DNA of 64,000 nucleotides from Myxococcota bacterium (GTDB lineage Bacteria; Myxococcota_A; UBA796; CAJQPC01): NCBI GenBank assembly GCA_036012755.1, contig DASCPX010000070.1, positions 79,034 to 143,033 of the forward strand, read 5' to 3'. Shown piece by piece: positions 61,049 to 64,000 of this stretch (position 1 is its first letter; each line of letters starts with the position of its first letter). The notes under the pieces were generated by a model. It saw only the letters and a program-made list of their open reading frames with translations, ran no database searches and was not told where the DNA came from. The position numbers and the translations under genes were made by a program.

Positions 61049-61076
61049 ATTGGTCGAGCCAATTGGTTTGACCAAT
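61049..61076. promoter_or_regulatory. candidate GntR operator: two abutting ATTGG-N5-CCAAT palindromes
   Basis: ATTGGTCGAGCCAATTGGTTTGACCAAT is symmetric except for two 3-nt spacers. It contains TGGT-N3-ACCA and lies 9 nt upstream of the GntR start codon. Confidence 0.55.
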
Positions 61077-61105
61077 ATCCCGAGGCCCGACGCTACGTCA
61101 AGCGA

Positions 61106-61732
61106 TCAGATGGGCGCGATGAGCTGAGGCCCGGTGGCCCGGACGTTGCCGATGGTCTTGGCGACCCGGTGACGCTCGACCGTGCTCGCCTCCGGAGGAC
61201 GCAGCATCCTGGCGAGGTTCTTCTCGTCGAGGTCGGAGAGCCAGCGCAAGGGTTCATCGAGCAACAGCGGCATGCGATCGTGGATGTCCTCGAGGTCCGG
61301 GCTCGCCGGCACCGTGATGATGCTGAAGCTGCCGTTGTCGCTGAGACCGGCGAAGGCGAACATCGCACCTCCGCGGTGGAGGTACCAGGGCTGCTTTCCG
61401 CCCTTCGGACCTGTCCACTCGTACCATCCGTTGGCCACGACCAGGCACCGTCCGGAGTGAATCCCGGTACGGAACAGCGGCCTCTTGAGGACCGTCTCGG
61501 CGCGGGCGTTGACGAACCGGGACGCCATGTGCGGAGCCTCGAACTCGGCCCACTTGGGCAACAGGCCGAACTGGTAGGACTTCAACTCGTTGGCTGTCGC
61601 CCCCTGGAGGACGATGGGGGCCATGTCGGTCGGGCAGACGTTGTAGTTGGCCTGCACGGCGGTATCGCTGGCGAGACCGAAGGCCTCGATCAGCTCCTCA
61701 GGCCTGCAGTAGATTGCGTAACGGGCGCACAT
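61106..61732 (-). CDS. SOS-response-associated peptidase (SRAP/YedK family)
   Basis: The N-terminus MCARY carries the catalytic Cys2. 208 aa with a typical SRAP core (…NARAETV…PWY…FAFAGL…). Confidence 0.85.
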   Translation of the reverse strand: MCARYAIYCRPEELIEAFGLASDTAVQANYNVCPTDMAPIVLQGATANELKSYQFGLLPKWAEFEAPHMASRFVNARAETVLKRPLFRTGIHSGRCLVVANGWYEWTGPKGGKQPWYLHRGGAMFAFAGLSDNGSFSIITVPASPDLEDIHDRMPLLLDEPLRWLSDLDEKNLARMLRPPEASTVERHRVAKTIGNVRATGPQLIAPI

Positions 61733-61743
61733 CGTTCACGTTT

Positions 61744-62568
61744 CTATGGACAGGGGTTGAACTCGGGGCCGAGGTCCCAAGTCTTGATGATGGTCGACAG
61801 GCCTTCGTGCGTACCGCAGACATCGTCCGCGAGCGACTCCGCGTCCTCCCAGTCGTCGACGTACTCGGCGACGAAGGCGGCCTTGTCTGCGGAGGTGAAG
61901 ACCGCGAGCCGGTCGCACTCGTCGTACTCGTGGCAGGACTCGTCGAGGTGCCAGTCGAAGTAGTCGACGAGCTCCTCGAGCTGGTCGAGGTCGTTCTTCA
62001 GCGCCACCGACAGTCCGCGCTCGTGAGCCTCGTTCGCTATCCACTGGTTGAAGTCGAGCTGCTCGGTCTCGTTGAGGCCGAGGCCGTTGTCGTTGGCGTA
62101 GCCGTCCACGTTGTCGGGCTCGACGCCGTCGCAGCCGCGCTCGAAGGCGAGGTCCAGGCGCGCCTCGAGGATGTCGCGCACCCGGTCGTCGCGGACGTCG
62201 ACCCACCTCTCGCCCTCCCACTCGTCGAGGGGGTCGCCCAGCACCGCCGAGGGATAGTCCCCGGCGTCCTCGCGCCAGTCCTCGTAGGTGCCGGCGGAGA
62301 AGTAGCAGATCAGGGTGCTCTCCTCCGTGACCTCTTCGATGACATCGTCGCTCGCGTCGAAGAGGTCGAGGTTGTACATCTCGACGTCCAGCGAGGTGTC
62401 GATCTCGCCCTGGAGCTGCCACTGCCAGGTCGTGCCGACGGCGGGTTCCCAGACCTCGGCGTCGACGGGGTCCGTGCGGGTGAACCCGACGCACGCGCCG
62501 TCCATGTAGATCGTGCCGATGGGGCAGTCGGGGGTCCTGTTGCAGGCCATCGATAGGAGGAGGAGCAT
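61744..62568 (-). CDS. GH114-family endo-alpha-1,4-polygalactosaminidase-like lipoprotein
   Basis: ATG 62568 (MLLLLSMAC) shares 1 nt with the upstream stop. WQWQLQGEID…ICYFSAGTYEDWREDA…GERWVDVR…GCDGVEPDNVDGY…ALKND. Confidence 0.8.
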   Translation of the reverse strand: MLLLLSMACNRTPDCPIGTIYMDGACVGFTRTDPVDAEVWEPAVGTTWQWQLQGEIDTSLDVEMYNLDLFDASDDVIEEVTEESTLICYFSAGTYEDWREDAGDYPSAVLGDPLDEWEGERWVDVRDDRVRDILEARLDLAFERGCDGVEPDNVDGYANDNGLGLNETEQLDFNQWIANEAHERGLSVALKNDLDQLEELVDYFDWHLDESCHEYDECDRLAVFTSADKAAFVAEYVDDWEDAESLADDVCGTHEGLSTIIKTWDLGPEFNPCP

Positions 62569-63404
62569 CAGACCTCGTGGCTCGCGGACTCTGCAGATGG
62601 GCCGATGTCGATCGAGCCCTCGTGGGTCGAGGCGGCGGCGGAGCAGACCTGCTCCAGCTCGTCGTCGCTCCGAGCAGGGTCGTAGTGGAAGAACAGGAGC
62701 CGCTTGGCGGCCACGGTCTCTGCGTAGCGAACCGCCAGCTCGGCCGTGCAGTGTCCCCACCCCGCGCGGCTCGCGTACTCCTCGCCGGTGTACTGGGCGT
62801 CGTGGACCAGGAGGTCGGCGCCCTCTGCGATGGAGAAGCCAGAGAGCCACTCTTCTCTTGGGAGCCCGTTCCGGCAACCGAGCTGGGGCTCATGGTCGGG
62901 CATGTAGGCCAGCGTGCGCCCGCCGCATTGGATCCGGTAGCCGACGGTGGGGCCGGGGTGGGTGACGAGGTGGCCGCTGAGGCGGAAAGCGCCGATGTCC
63001 CAGCCGTCCCGGGTCACGTCGTGGCAGCTGACCAGCGACGGGACCTCGCGAATGCGGACGGGGAACAGCGGCGGCGAGAGGTAGCGATTGAGGCGCTTTC
63101 GCAGCGTCCGCGTGGTGCTCGGTGGACCCCAGATGTGGACCTGGACGTCGGGGGTGTAGAGAGGGGTGAAGAAGCCCAGCCCCTGGATGTGATCCATGTG
63201 GAGGTGGGTGAGCAGGACGTCGACGCGCTTCGTGCCGGGGGGGATGGCCTCTCCGGCTGCGCGGATGCCGCTCCCGGCGTCCAGGATGAGGACCTGGCCC
63301 TCGTCGTTCTGGACCATGACGCAGGACGTGTTTCCACCGTAGCGGGTCGTCTCTGGACCCGGCGAGGGGAGGCTGCCCCTGGTTCCGTAGAAGGTGAGTC
63401 GCAC
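62568..63404 (-). CDS. MBL-fold metallo-hydrolase
   Basis: LLTHLHMDHIQG (HxHxDH). The GTG start abuts the stop of the PAS gene. Confidence 0.85.
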   Translation of the reverse strand: MRLTFYGTRGSLPSPGPETTRYGGNTSCVMVQNDEGQVLILDAGSGIRAAGEAIPPGTKRVDVLLTHLHMDHIQGLGFFTPLYTPDVQVHIWGPPSTTRTLRKRLNRYLSPPLFPVRIREVPSLVSCHDVTRDGWDIGAFRLSGHLVTHPGPTVGYRIQCGGRTLAYMPDHEPQLGCRNGLPREEWLSGFSIAEGADLLVHDAQYTGEEYASRAGWGHCTAELAVRYAETVAAKRLLFFHYDPARSDDELEQVCSAAASTHEGSIDIGPSAESASHEV

Positions 63405-63791
63405 TCAGCCCGCCGTCTCGAGCAGCACGAGGACGCCGGCCTGCCCCTGGGACAGTCCGCGAATCGGGAACGAGGTCAGGGTGACGACCCGACGCTGGCC
63501 GTCCATGCCGCGGAGGCTCAACGTGTGCTGGGTGGCGTGCTCGGAGGCCAGCGCTCGGGCGAGCGGGCTGTCCTCCCAGCCGACGACCTTTCCGTCCGCC
63601 CCTTCCACTCGGAAGGCGGCGTGCCACTCCTCCGGTGCCATCGAACCCGACTCGCTGAAGGACCGTCCGACGACCAGCGCGGCAGCCTGGTTGAAGTAGA
63701 CGAGCGCGCCGCAGTCATCGAAGAGCAGCGTGGGTGTCGTCAACAGGGCGCTCCACTGGCGCGCCATCACCAGTTCGATCGGTCGACCCAA
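63405..63791 (-). CDS. PAS-domain protein (stand-alone)
   Basis: 128 aa. …LLFDDCGALVYFNQAAALVVGRS… and …HTLSLRGMDGQRRVVTLTSFPI… follow a PAS-fold pattern. Confidence 0.7.
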   Translation of the reverse strand: MGRPIELVMARQWSALLTTPTLLFDDCGALVYFNQAAALVVGRSFSESGSMAPEEWHAAFRVEGADGKVVGWEDSPLARALASEHATQHTLSLRGMDGQRRVVTLTSFPIRGLSQGQAGVLVLLETAG

Positions 63792-63853
63792 GGCTCGCTC
63801 CTTCCGGGCGGCATCGTAGCACCGGGATAGAGGCGCACCTCGGAGGTGTGTCG

Positions 63854-64000
63854 ATGATGCTGATGGTGACCTGGGAACCGGGAAAGGAGAGCGAAGACTT
63901 CGTCAACGAGCTGAAGTCGTTGGGGAACTGGTCCAATCGCGTCCCTGGCGCCTGGATCCTCGACACGCCGCTGGCCCCGCAGAAGGTGCGGGATCTGCTG
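63854..64000 (+). CDS. hypothetical protein, 3' partial (runs off the window)
   Basis: The frame beginning ATGATGCTGATGGTGACCTGG… is open to nt 64000 and has a strong GC3 bias. The competing minus-strand ORF 63715..63966 is not protein-like. Confidence 0.4.
   Translation, partial: MMLMVTWEPGKESEDFVNELKSLGNWSNRVPGAWILDTPLAPQKVRDLL

Noticed and set aside
1-64000. Search for tRNA, rRNA, IS elements, integrases and prophage or genomic-island boundaries
   Set aside because: No cloverleaf-like sequences, transposase or integrase motifs, or long terminal inverted/direct repeats were seen. The HNH gene is the only mobile-like gene, and I could not identify flanking repeats.

Overview
Visibly very GC-rich bacterial chromosome segment (GC not computed). 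It looks Myxococcota-like: MYXO-CTERM-type C-terminal tags, MopE-type Cys/Asp 'metal-binding' repeats, FG-GAP proteins, and very acidic secreted proteins that suggest a marine Nannocystineae-like organism. I support about 52 protein-coding genes, mostly tightly packed with 1-, 4- and 8-nt start/stop overlaps. I found no rRNA, tRNA, CRISPR array, transposase or integrase. Housekeeping content: E2-like acyltransferase (partial), PBP-type D-Ala-D-Ala peptidase, aminotransferase, DAACS symporter, COG0523 GTPase, pgi, type III glutamine synthetase (glnN), tatD, pal, tldD/pmbA, a GntR-controlled GMC oxidoreductase, and an SRAP peptidase. Most of the long ORFs in the six-frame track are antisense 'shadow' ORFs typical of high-GC DNA and were rejected. 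Main accessory findings: (1) A 1408-aa protein on the minus strand with a DUF4157 N-terminal head, about 7 annexin-like repeats, a Gly/Ala-rich hydrophobic block and a C-terminal domain carrying a PARP-like H-Y-E ADP-ribosyltransferase signature. Two translationally coupled small ORFs follow it (candidate toxin/immunity module, domain combination not known to me). (2) A perfect sigma-54 promoter driving four diverged tandem paralogs with MYXO-CTERM tags. Their Arg-tail codons double as the Shine-Dalgarno of the next gene. The operon ends in a lipoprotein with a permuted PEP-utilising/PPDK-type phosphotransferase architecture. (3) An AhpD-like 'peroxidase-related' gene split by an in-frame TGA exactly at the second Cys of its CxxC motif, followed by a SECIS-like hairpin (candidate selenoprotein). 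(4) A six-gene coupled operon: hypothetical, GT2, B12-type radical SAM with Cx4Cx2C, two lipoproteins, GNAT. Lesser oddities include a disrupted GH18 gene, a tatD with no usable start codon before its metal-binding motif, a symmetric GntR operator, and ten lipoproteins with ultra-short uncharged signal peptides.
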